Positions 23,701 to 34,430 of a DNA stretch of 64,000 bases are shown here, in pieces. Position 1 is the first letter of the stretch; each line of letters begins with the position of its first letter. The DNA lies in NCBI RefSeq assembly GCF_016432865.1, contig NC_067404.1, positions 85,188,001 to 85,252,000 on the forward strand, read 5' to 3'. Origin of the DNA: Antechinus flavipes. Lineage: Eukaryota. The notes under the pieces were generated by a model that searched no databases, was not told the origin of the DNA, and saw nothing but the letters and a program-made list of their open reading frames with translations. A program made the position numbers and the translations under genes.

Positions 23701-26700
23701 CCCTTCCCTCTGATCTCTCCTTCTTAGCACTAGGGGTCTCCCTTCTCTCTCATCCTCCCCTCCCTAGCACTCAGGGTCTCCTTTCCCTCTCATCCCCCTC
23801 TAGTACTTGGGGTCTCCCTTCTCTCTCATCCTCCCCTCCCTAGCACTCAGGGTCTCCTTTCCCTCTCATCCCCCTCTAGTACTTGGGGTCTCCCTTCTCT
23901 CTCATCTTCCCCTTCCCTAGCACCTGGGGTCTCCCTTCCCTCTGATCTCTCCTTCTTAGCACTAGGGGTCTCCCTTCTCTCTCATCCTCCCCTCCCTAGC
24001 ACTCAGGGTCTCCTTTCCCTCTCATCCCCCTCTAGTACTTGGGGTCTCCCTTCTCTCTGATCCTTCCTTCTTAGCACTAGGGGTCTCCCTTCTCTCTCAT
24101 CTTCCCCTTGCCTCTGATCCCTCCTTCTTAGCACTAGGGGTCTCCCTTCTCTCTCATCCTCCCCTCCCTAGCACTCAGGGTCTCCTTTCCCTCTCATCCC
24201 CCTCTAGTACTTGGGGTCTCCCTTCTCTCTGATCCCTCCTTCTTAGCACTAGGGGTCTCCCTTCTCTCTCATCCTCCCCTTCCTAGCACTCAGGGTCTCC
24301 CTTCCCTAGCACCTGGGGTCTCCCTTCCCTCTGATCTCTCCTTCTTAGCACTAGGGGTCTCCTTCTCTCTCATCCTCCCCTCCCTAGCACTCAAGGTCTC
24401 CTTTCCCTCTCATCCCCCTCTAGTACTTGGGGTCTCCCTTCTCCCTGATCCCTCCTTCTTAGCACTAGGGGTCTCCCTTCTCTCTCATCTTCCCCTTCCC
24501 TCTGATCCCTCCTTCTTAGCACTAGGGGTCTCCCTTCTCTCTCATCCTCCCCTCCCTAGCACTCAGGGTCTCTTTTCCCTCTCATCCCCCTCTAGTACTT
24601 GGGGTCTCCCTTCCCTCTGATCCCTCCTTCTTAGCACTAGGGGTCTCCCTTCTCTCTCATCCTCCCCTTCCTAGCACTCAGGGTCTCCCTTCCCTAGCAC
24701 CTGGGGTCTCCCTTCTCTCTGATCCCTCGTTCTTAGCACTAGGGGTCTCCCTTCTCTCTCATCCTCCCCTCCCCAGCACTCAGGATCTCCTTTCCCTCTC
24801 ATCCCCCTCTAGTACTTGGGGTCTCCCTTCTCTCTCATCCTCCCCTCCCTAGCACTCAGGGTCTCCTTTCCCTCTCATCCCCCTCTAGTACTTGGGGTCT
24901 CCCTTCTCTCTCATCTTCCCCTTCCCTAGCACCTGGGGTCTCCCTTCCCTCTGATCTCTCCTTCTTAGCCCTAGGGGTCTCCCTTCTCTCTCATCCTCCC
25001 CTCCCTAGCACTCAGGGTCTCCTTTCCCTCTCATCCCCCTCTAGTACTTGGGGTCTCCCTTCTCTCTGATCCCTCCTTCTTAGCACTAGGGGTCTCCCTT
25101 CTCTCTCATCTTCCCCTTCCCTCTGATCCCTCCTTCTTAGCACTAGGGGTCTCCCTTCTCTCTCATCTTCCCCTTCCCTCTGATCCCTCCTTCTTAGCAC
25201 TAGGGGTCTCCCTTCTCTCTCATCTTCCCCTTCCCTCTGATCCCTCCTTCTTAGCATTAGGGGTCTCCCTTCTCTCTCATCCTCCCCTTCCCTAGCACTC
25301 AGGGTCTCCTTTCCCTCTCATCCCCCTCTAGTACTTGGGGTCTCCCTTCTCTCTGATCCCTCCTTCTTAGCACTAGGGGTCTCCCTTCTCTCTCATCCTC
25401 CCCTCCCTAACACTCAGGGTCTCCTTCCCTCTCATCCCCCTCTAGTACTTGGGGTCTCCCTTCTCTCTGATCCCTCCTTCTTAGCACTAGGGGTCTCCCT
25501 TCTCTCTCATCCTCCCCTCCCCAGCACTCAGGGTCTCCTTTCCCTCTCATCCCCCTCTAGTACTTGGGGTCTCCCTTCTCTCTCATCTTCCCCTTCCCTA
25601 GCACCTGGGGTCTCCCTTCCCTCTGATCTCTCCTTCTTAGCACTAGGGGTCTCCCTTCTCTCTCATCCTCCCCTCCCTAGCACTCAGGGTCTCCTTTCCC
25701 TCTCATCCCCCTCTAGTACTTGGGGTCTCCCTTCTCTCTGATCCCTCCTTCTTAGCACTAGGGGTCTCCCTTCTCTCTCATCCTCCCCTCCCTAGCACCT
25801 GGGGTCTCCCTTCACTCTGATCCCTCCTTCTTAGCACTAGGGGTCTCCCTTCTCTCTCATCCTCCCCTCCTTAGCACTCAGGGTCTCCTTTCCCTCTCAT
25901 CCCCCTCTAGTACTTGGGGTCTCCCTTCTCTCTGATCCCTCTTTCTTAGCACTAGGGGTCTCCCTTCTCCCTCATCCTCCCCTTCCTAGCACCTGGGATC
26001 TCCCTTCTCTCTGATCCCTCCTTCTTAGCACTAGGGGTCTCCCTTCTCTCTCATCCTCCCCTTCCTAGCACTCAGGGTCTCCCTTCCCTAGCACCTGGGG
26101 TCTCCCTTCCCTCTGATCTCTCCTTCTTAGCACTAGGGGTCTCCCTTCTCCCTCATCCTCCCCTTCCTAGCACCTGGGATCTCCCTTCCCTCTGATCGTT
26201 CCTTCTTAGCACTAGGGGTCTCCCTTCTCTCTCATCTTCCCCTTCCCTAGCACCTGGGGTCTACCTTCCCTCTGATCCCTCCTTCTTAGCACTAGGGGTC
26301 TCCCTTCTCTCTCATCTTCCCCTTCCCTCTGATCCCTCGTTCTTAGCACTAGGGGTCTCCCTTCTCTCTCATCCTCCCCTTCCTAGCACTCAGGGTCTCC
26401 TTTCCCTCTCATCCCCCTCTAGTACTTGGGGTCTCCCTTCTCTCTGATCCCTCCTTCTTAGCACTAGGGGTCTCCCTTCTCTCTCATCCTCCCCTTCCTA
26501 GCACTCAGGGTCTCCTTTCCCTCTCATCCCCCTCTAGTACTTGGGGTCTCCCTTCTCCCTGATCCCTCGTTCTTAGCACTAGGGGTCTCCCTTCTCTCTC
26601 ATCCTCCCCTTCCTAGCACTCAGGGTCTCCCTTCCCTAGCACCTGGGGTCTCCCTTCCCCCTGATCTCTCCTTGTTAGCACTAGGGGTCTCCCTTCTCTC

Positions 26701-26935
26701 TCATCCTCCCCTTCCTAGCACCTGGGATCTCCCTTCCCCCTGATCTCTCCTTCTTAGCACTAGGGGTCTCCCTTCTCTCTCATCTTCCCCTCCCTAGCAC
26801 TCAGGATCTCCTTTCCCTCTCATCCCCCTCTAGTACTTGGGGTCTCCCTTCTCTCTGATCCCTCCTTCTTAGCACTTGGGGTTTCCCTTCCCTCTAGTCC
26901 CCCCTCCCTAGCACTCAAGATCTCTCTTCCTTCTC
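20781..26935. repeat. Array B: ~6.1 kb CT-rich minisatellite upstream of the first CDK20 coding exon
   Basis: Monomers built on TAGCAC(T/C)(A/T)GGGGTCTCCCTTC with alternating spacers (ctctgatccctccttct / tctctcatcctcccc / cctctcatccccctc). These give ~57 bp and ~110-115 bp composite units; the 57-bp period is visible as a 19-aa repeat in ORF 25012-25257. Confidence 0.97.
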
Positions 26936-27479
26936 TGGCCAAAGTCCCCAGTAGCCCCTCACCCCAGCTGGAAGCTTGGAGCCTCCTCCAGTCCCTCAGC
27001 TTTCCCAGCCCCCCCCCTTGTCCCCTCTGCTGGGGCAGTACTTGCTAACTTAGCCTTCACAGGGACTCTTTACCAGCTGCAAAGCCATGAAGGCCCCGCA
27101 CTGCCTAAATTTGCCCTCCCACCCCCAGAGCCGCTTCTCACCAGGCACCTTTTCACTGTGAGCTTGGACAGCCTTTTCCAGGGAGTCCTCAGGGACCTGA
27201 GTCCCCTCCTCCAGCGGGACAGATGGCTCAGCACCCGCACCCCTTGGGGCTTTCCCCTCAAAGGCGAGAGCTTATGCCACCTCTTCGGGGAAGCCCTCTT
27301 GGCCTCGGTAAGTACCATTCCAGGCTCCAATCCGAGACTGCCACATGCCCTCTCCTCCCTCAGTTTGGGAAGCACTGGAGCCCCCAGCCCTAAGAGCCTC
27401 CTCAAGGCTCAGCTCCTCCAGGCAATCCGCTGTGCCTGCGTCCTGGAGGGTGGATCCCCGTGGGCTGGGGGCTCCCTCC

Positions 27480-28250
27480 TCTCTCCGTTTGGTGCGGATC
27501 CCGGGCCCGCCTCTGCTCCGGATCACTGCCTCCGGAGGGTCCCCGCTACCGTGTGCGGCCCGGAGCCAGCACGAGGCTGCCTTCTGTCACCTAAAGACTC
27601 GGCGAGCCTCCCGGACAGGCCCGGATGTACACCCCAAAGGGAAGAGGCCCGCCCACCTCCTCCCCCGTAGCTCTCCGCCTCGTCCCCGGCCCGGCCCGGC
27701 CCGGCCCCGGCCTTGGCCTGGCCCGGCCCGGCCCGGCCCGAGCCACCTCCAACCTCCTCCCAGCAGCCCGGTGTCCCGCGGGCAGCTTCCTTAGCAACGA
27801 TTCGGCGCAGGCGCACTCGGGCCCCTCAAGGTGGCGAGCCCGGGCGGCTCGGTCAGATGACACGGTTTGGAAGGGCGGGGCCTGCCCGAAGTCAGGCCGG
27901 AGCCTGGAGAGGGGCGGGCCCAGTGCGCCGTCACGTGGTCCTCCAGGCTCGGGCCCGCCCAGATCCGGGAGGGAGCCGAGTCCGAAGCTGTGAATCTAGA
28001 AGGGCAGTGCCCCGTCACGTGTCCCTAGAGCTCCGCCCCGCGGGGCAGGGCGGGAACTGGACTTTTGTCTTCGGCCCTTTTTGTGCCGGGTTCCTCTCCC
28101 CCTGGCGCCGGTGGAGGGCAGGGGCAGGGGGGGTAGGAGTTCTTTCCCCAGCCTTTAAGTAGCAGGGCTCAGCCCGCCGCTGCCTGTTCCCTCTCAGAGA
28201 GCAGCGTCTTCCGGCGCGGGCCACTTCCTCTCTTCCCTGACCAGTTCTGT
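27480..28250. promoter_or_regulatory. CpG island, probable CDK20 promoter and non-coding first exon
   Basis: Dense CpG, GC boxes (GGGCGG), CACGTG at ~27930, (GGCCC)n. An acceptor-like CCCTTATTCCACAAG| lies 7 nt before the CDK20 ATG (20732/20731), implying an upstream non-coding exon. Confidence 0.65.
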
Positions 28251-28739
28251 CTTTTCTGGACATCTCTCACAACCAGCCCGCCGCCTGGCGTTCTCAGGAG
28301 ACAGGCCCGAGTGGCAGAAGTAGCTCAAAGGCCCCAAAAGAGGCACGATCCCGAGGGTGTGAGCCTTCCGCCCCAAGAACGAGCCGCTGACCTTAGGGGT
28401 GCAGAGGGCCTCGAGTTGGGTATCTCGCGGTTTTGTCAGATTCCGTTGAAAACGAAGGCTCTCTCACCTGGAATTTAGGGTCAGAGGTCCCAGAAATCTC
28501 CTTTGGGTCAATGAGGTTTCCATCCTGTTCCTGGCACATATTTATTGGGCATCGGTTTCCAGGGACTACATGGCAAGTGAATCACATGAGCAGTGGTGTC
28601 CCATGTCAGACGCAAAGAAGAGGGGGCTGCCCATTGACTTAGAAATTCGGATGTCAAGGTTACGTTCTTGTTCTAGCGCGTTCTTATTGATTTTGGTGAA
28701 ATAATTTCCAATTGCACTTTTTTTCCCCAATTGCATTTT

Positions 28740-28850
28740 TTTCCCGAGGCAATTGGGATTAAGTGACTTGCCTAGGGTCACACAGCTAGGAAGTGTTAAG
28801 TGTCTGAGTCACATTTGAACTCGGGTCCTCCTGACTTCAGGGCCGGTGCT
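28740..28850 (-). mobile_element. WSINE1/SINE1-type marsupial SINE, 5'-truncated, with TSD
   Basis: Flanked by a 14-bp direct repeat CCCAATTGCATTTT (28726-28739 and 28851-28864); typical body sequence. Confidence 0.85.
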
Positions 28851-29379
28851 CCCAATTGCATTTTAATTTTTTTGGACACTTCTGCTCCATAGAATAATCA
28901 CTGCCAGGGTCAATGATCCTGATATTTTAGTGACCAAACTTCAAAACTAATCCTTATCAACGATAACAAAGGGAGATGATGCATTCCCAGCCCGGTTACT
29001 ACTGGGTCTCGGAAAAATTGGGGAACTGGATCCTCAGGGGCCAACATCCCTTTAGGAACCCTGCCAGGAACGGGTGCCAAGGACAATCTTTTCCTTTCCA
29101 CCACATGAAAAAGGGGATTGTGGAGATTTCATAAGAATTTCCCAAATCCTTTCTTCACAATGCATATGGATGATAAAGGCACAAAGTGCCAAAAATGAGG
29201 AGTTGGAGATAACATGAAATTGCAAGCCTGGGTGAGTACAAGGGTAGTGGTACCCTCCACAGTAATAGGGAAATTAGGAAGAAGGGAGGGCTTCGGGGGA
29301 ACAAATGAATTCCATTTGGAAGTGGAGTTTAAAGACCTGCGACATCTAGTTTGAGCTGTCTAAAAGACAAGTGAGCTGT

Positions 29380-29900
29380 GAGGCTGAAGGTGGGGAGAGA
29401 GGGTAGGGTTGGATAAGTAGATCTCAAATTCATCAAAAGAGAGACAATTGAATCCACAGAGTTGATGAAATATCACCAAGTGAAAAAGTAGAGAGAGAGA
29501 AGGTCTAGGACAGCCTTGGAGACACGTGGCTGAGGAGCCAACAAAAGAGACGGGAACGGGGAGAACCAGGAGAGAGCAGTGTCATGGAGAGAGTGTCCAG
29601 GAGAGGGTGATGGCCAAGTGTACAAGACTGCAGAGAGGGCAAGAAAGATGATCAAGAAAAAGCCATGACAGATGCACTGCTTACTTCGGAGAGTTGTTAG
29701 TTTCAGCCGAATAAAGAGGTTGGAGGCCAGATGATGTACTCAGGAAGAGAGGGAGTCGAGAAGTGGAAATGCCTATTAGATAGCCAGCTTTCTCAAGGAG
29801 TTTGGCCACTAAAGGGAGGAGAGATGGACAGAGCGAGCGAAAGGTTTTGGAGGATGGGGAAGACATGAGGATGTTTGCAAGCAGCCCGGAAGCTGCTAAA
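29380..29900 (-). mobile_element. Ancient L2 LINE ORF2 (RT) fragment
   Basis: Minus-strand translations SLLPLVAKLLEKAGY, SGLQPLYSAET, IIFLALSAVLYTW and LHDTALSWFS match degenerate L2 RT motifs (PISLLPFxAKLLEK, SGFRPxHSTET, LLDLSAAFDTV). Confidence 0.65.
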
Positions 29901-30213
29901 CTAGATTGAAGATTTGCGAGAGAGTGAAGGAGCTAGCAGGGACAATTTGGGGGGAAAGATGGGACAGAAGGGGATTCCTTGTTTACCTTAGTAAGGAGAG
30001 GGGCCACCTCTTCAAGTGAGATAGGGTGCGTCATACAGAAACAGTGGCGGATGAGTCTCAAAGATGTATTTCAGTCACTGTATGTTTAAGGCCCAGATGT
30101 CTCTTATCTGTGATGGCCTGCCAACCAATGAACGTGGTAACCCTGTGCAGGAATAGACTTCAAACTGGCCCCGAGATCATGTGCCAAGCTGATGAGGTTT
30201 AGAGTGGTCTAGA

Positions 30214-30288
30214 TCCCTGGTGGTCTAGTGGTTAGGATTTGGTGCTTTCACTGTCACGGTCCGGGTTCCATTCCCGGTCGGGGAACCA
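30214..30288 (+). pseudogene. tRNA-Glu(TTC) retropseudogene with genomic CCA
   Basis: TCCCTGGTGGTCTAGTGGTTAGGATTTGGTGCTTTCACTGTCACGGTCCGGGTTCCATTCCCGGTCGGGGAA+CCA. Anticodon TTC at 30247-30249. Shows CpG-decay substitutions, a damaged B box (GGTTCCATTCC) and no oligo-T terminator. Confidence 0.85.
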
Positions 30289-30355
30289 TAAATATGATGA
30301 GGTTTGGAGTGGTCTAGATCCCTGGTGGTCTAGAGGTTAGTGGCTATAAGAGAGT

Positions 30356-30800
30356 TGTTAAGAATCCCCTTTAAATCGGCCACAGGTTTTAGGAGTGAAA
30401 GAATTCCCTCGTTCCCGAATATTAGTTGCAAAATGAAAGTTTATTGTTGGATAGAAATCAGTTTACCTCTCAGAGACTGACTTCTACGGTGGCAGACCTG
30501 TGGAAAATGGAGTTTTGCACCGAGAATGCAGTTATCAGTGGACAGAAGGTTCTGACAGCAGAGGGAGCTGCCAAGGTCCATCTGCAAAAGACCTTCGTTG
30601 ATGAAAGCTCATTATATTGGCTGTCTTGGTGGGCGTTGGGAAGCTAACCAGAGCAGATCAGAAGCAGTGGGGGCTGGGAGAGCCCAAGTTGGCTCAGATC
30701 CAGTGGGGGCTGGGATAAGCCCGGATCTGCTATTGGAATTCAAAGGGATGCTTTTTGACCCGGATTTGTGAACCAAAGGCGCTGGCATCCTGGAAAGACA
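30356..30800 (-). mobile_element. LTR-like element (U5 end at 30356); far boundary uncertain
   Basis: Minus strand ends ...GGGGATTCTTAACA with AATAAA ~85 nt upstream. No TSD identified. Confidence 0.4.
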
Positions 30801-31762
30801 ACTTGTCTGGGGAGGATCTACCTCAGCCAGGAGCGGCTGGGAATCTGAAAGGAATCACACTTGCCAGGTAAGCAAGGGGGCCCTTAAAACAGGCTGCTTC
30901 CTCAAGCAAAGGGGCTGCCAAACCCCACTGCCGCTTCACTTCCAGTGAGGATGTGACCCTATGGCCCCGGCCACCCATCTGTAGGACTGTGACTCTGGCT
31001 CCCAGTGCTCCCGCCGCTTCGTCACTCGCCCGTCGCCACGGGACTTTGAGGGGGGCAAAAGTGTGAAAACGGTATGGGTGCTCTCTTTTGACCAGCACGA
31101 AAACGATTTAAGTGAGACAGACTTGTACGAAGTCATCGGCCTCACTTTCTGTTCCTGTCGTCAGGGTCCAGTGGCGAGACAGAGCCATCGAACTGCCTGG
31201 CGAGGCCCAGGATGCGGCGCGTGACCCTGGCGTCTTCATTGTCCTCCATGGCACCTGCTTCAGCTGCCTCCGTGGCCGTTGAAACCACCAGACCGTTCAC
31301 ATCTGCCCATTCTGCGGGCAAAATCTTTATGGGCTTACGGGGAGACATTTCCCGTAATCCCCCGATGGCTTCGAGGACCATCACCTACCCTCACTCACCT
31401 AGGTTTAGCTTTGTTTGCCAAAGCTTTTTTTTTTTTTTTTTTTTTTTTACTAGGGTGTGGCTACAGCACACCTTACAGCTTCCTGGAGCCACAGGTGAGA
31501 GATGGGAGAGGTGGAAGTTAAGGAGGCTGAGCAACCCCCAAAAGCCTTCCAACCAGAGGGCTTTGTCCTCCTGAACACCCCGTACCCACACCTCCAACTG
31601 TGATGGAGCATCATCTTGCCGAACTCTTCTCGGCGTAGTGACCAGCTGTGATCGCGGAGGACTCTCCAATCTAACAGGGGCTTGTGTTCTAGCTTTTTCA
31701 GTGGAGGGTAAGGAAAGGAAAGTGCGAGGGGGAGAAGATTATTTGTTTGAAAAGAAAATGTA

Positions 31763-31907
31763 GGGACAGCTAGGTGATGCAGTGGATAGAGCCCCAGCCC
31801 TGAAGTCAGGAGGACCCGAGTTCAAATCTGGCCTCAGACATTTAATACTTCCTAGCTGTGTGACCCTGGGCAAATCTCAACTCCAATTGCCTCAGGAAAA
31901 ATAAAAG
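31763..31907 (+). mobile_element. WSINE1/SINE1-type marsupial SINE, full length, with TSD
   Basis: GGGACAGCTAGGTGATGCAGTGGATAGAG...GAGTTCAAATCTGGCCTCAGACA...CAATTGCCTCAG plus A-rich tail; 12-bp TSD AAAGAAAATGTA (31751-31762 and 31908-31919). Confidence 0.9.
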
Positions 31908-32498
31908 AAAGAAAATGTAATCATACAAAAGGTTAAGACCCCCTTCAAAAGCATGCCCAGGGCTGCCCTGGGCAGCAGAGAGCTTGAAGGCACTTTTGCC
32001 CCTTTTTAACCTTCTGCCATCTCCCTCATCTATCACATCCTAACTGCCCGCCAACCTTTCCTCAGTCTCGCATTTTGCCCTTAGGTGTGAATGGCATATG
32101 TCCATCGATGAAAAAACTGGATTAAAGCCAGGAGTGTGCTGGAGCCAGTTCAGATTGAGTCCCCCCATTATGTTTTCAGTGTGATGATTTACTATAACCT
32201 CAGAAATTAGGGCATTTGTGGCAGTTGGGTGGTGCTGCAGCTGATAGGGAAGTGCTCCCTGGGGTCAGGGAGAGTGATCTTCCCGAGTCCAAATATGACT
32301 TCACTTACTAGCTATGTCACCCTAAAGCAAATCGCATGGGCCTGTGTGCCTCCGTTTCCTCATCTGTAAAATGTTAGAGGAAAAAATGGCAAGAAAACCC
32401 TAAATAAAATCAGACACAACAATGAGACAAACAGATCAAGGATTGACCGATTTGAGGTTTGCCTAGACTTAAGAAAGTGATGGAGAAAAGGTCAAGGT

Positions 32499-32854
32499 TG
32501 TCAGCAGGGCTTGGGGTGGGGCTGATTCTAGTGCCCCTCCTCCTCCCCCAAGGAAAGTTACTGACCAGAAAGAGCCAGAAGCCACCCTAGTCACCTCGAT
32601 GACTCTATGGCTTAGGTGTCACAGGCCCTTCCGGCGCCTGAGGGTAAGGCAGTGAAGGGGGCTTTCTCCTGGTCGGGGCCTGCGTGAGGGGAAGGTGGTG
32701 CTGGTGAGAAAGGGAGAGAGGGGAGCTTCATGTCGGCCTGGAATTATCCTATCTTTTTGGACTCTCGCTCAGTGTTGTGAAATGGTTCAAATAAAACAAA
32801 AGCCTCTGCTTTGTCTCTAGTTTCTTATGTGATTGATTTGATTTTCACTTGACA
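32499..32854 (+). mobile_element. Possible solo LTR
   Basis: TGTCA...TGACA termini and AATAAA ~60 nt before the end. No TSD found. Confidence 0.35.
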
Positions 32855-34430
32855 TGTGAAGGATCTGTTTGCTAGTGAAGCTCTGGAACAAAGCAGCACC
32901 ATGACAAGGTGCCCCGTGCCGGCCTGGCTTGGCCATTCCCAGTGCTCTGCACCTTCCCGCGTGTTCTTCTGGATGTCGGCTGCACCGTGTCTTTCTCGGG
33001 GTGTACCGGATGGAGGTCAGCTGCTGAGGCCGGATCTCACTCTGATTGTTCCTCAGGATCTCGGCAGTGCCACCACTCTGTTTTTCTTAATTGTCCACGG
33101 TGTTCTGAGTGCTCTTTGCCTTCCACTGCACAGCCTTTGGTGTCGCCCTCCTTGAGATGCCTTGGGGGAGGCCGGGCTCTTTTTGCTGAGGCCCAGGGTG
33201 GGAGCACACCTCATTTGCAAACTTGGCCCATGGGCAATACTCTGTGCCCCAGCACGGTGCCCAGAACAGGCGATGCTCAATTCTCATAGTTATCTAAACT
33301 ACTCAAAGGCTTTGAGGACACGATGTTGTTGGGTTTTTTTTGAACAAGTGCACGTACTTCCAGTACAGAAATCCAAATGGTTACTGTTTGTATATTGTGT
33401 CCTTGCTCCAGCACAGTGGGACCGACTCGGGGCCCAAAGCACTCCAGCGGAGGGGAGGGCTGTAGCTGTGCAGGCCCCGGAGGCCTGCTGCAGAGCAGGG
33501 CCAAGTTGGGCCACAGCAGTGCTCAGGTCTGTTAAAGGCAGGAGAATTCGAGTCCTTCTGTCCTGGCACAGGAGGTATATTTCTGGACCCCATTGATGGG
33601 GGCTGAAGAGTAGGGAGAGATGCCAACTCCTAGGAGGCCAGTTAGAGAAAAGGGAGCCCTGGAAAGCAGAATGGCAAAAGGCAGGCCTGTTCTAGCTCAC
33701 CGCTCACTATGATGTCAAACCGGCTGCCCTTCTCCACAAAGACCACCAAGGGGTGGCAACGGGCAGGAGGTGAGAGGATCTGAGAAGCCCCTGAGAATGC
33801 CTCTCATCAGACAAAGATTTGGCAGGGCGCCTCCCCTGCACTCCTGAGGCAAACAAAGGGGATGATGGCACCAAAGCGTTCCCGATGTTCTTGCTGCTGC
33901 TCAGGATCACCCTGTTTACACTGAGACACGGATCTGAACCGCTGAGGCTTGTTGGTAACCTCCCCCCCCCCTCCTCCTCCGCAGATGTTCTGCTCCCGGA
34001 ATCCCCAAGGTCAAAGTTGCCTATCGGCAGCCCTCGGGTCCCTTCCAACAGGGGCATTTGATGGGTGTCCTGCAACCTCCTCTCGAGCTCTGCCCCAAAC
34101 AGATTCAAATGTCACTGGGAAACACGGAACGAGATCCATCCAAATCCAACGTGGCTGTTACCGTGTGGCTTTCTAAGTGTGCTAGGTAACCCACTTCTAT
34201 TCGACTTGGACACCATTCTTCTAAGAGACCTTGAGGAACTCACCCTTCCAAGGCGATAGGGCCAGGAGTAACATCCCAGCCCCTCTTCACAGGCAGGGCC
34301 AGTCAGCTTGCCCTTAAATGGTACTGAAACATCCTCTAGGCCTGGTTAGTGGAAGGGTCCGAGAGCTGAGTCCACCATCCCCATTTCCTCATTCCCCGAA
34401 TACAGAGCAGCCCCAAGAAGGGTCATGATG

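Noticed and set aside
25012-25257. ORF with a 19-aa tandem repeat (LRRRDQREGEDEREGRPLV)
   Set aside because: Translation of the 57-bp unit of array B; neighbouring units contain stops.
20781-26935. Array B as a CRISPR array or as Rsx
   Set aside because: Eukaryotic DNA with no unique spacers. Rsx is recalled at the HPRT1/PHF6 locus, not here.
27158-27310. Plus-strand ORF segment ending at a consensus donor CG|GTAAGT
   Set aside because: Isolated signal with no recognisable product and no supported downstream partner exon.
30214-30285. Functional tRNA-Glu gene
   Set aside because: Encoded CCA, B-box mutation, CpG decay in the stems and no T-run terminator indicate a retrocopy.
32860-33087. 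CSRHPEEHAGRC as a gag zinc knuckle
   Set aside because: Does not fit CX2CX4HX4C, the frame contains stops, and no other gag motifs are present.
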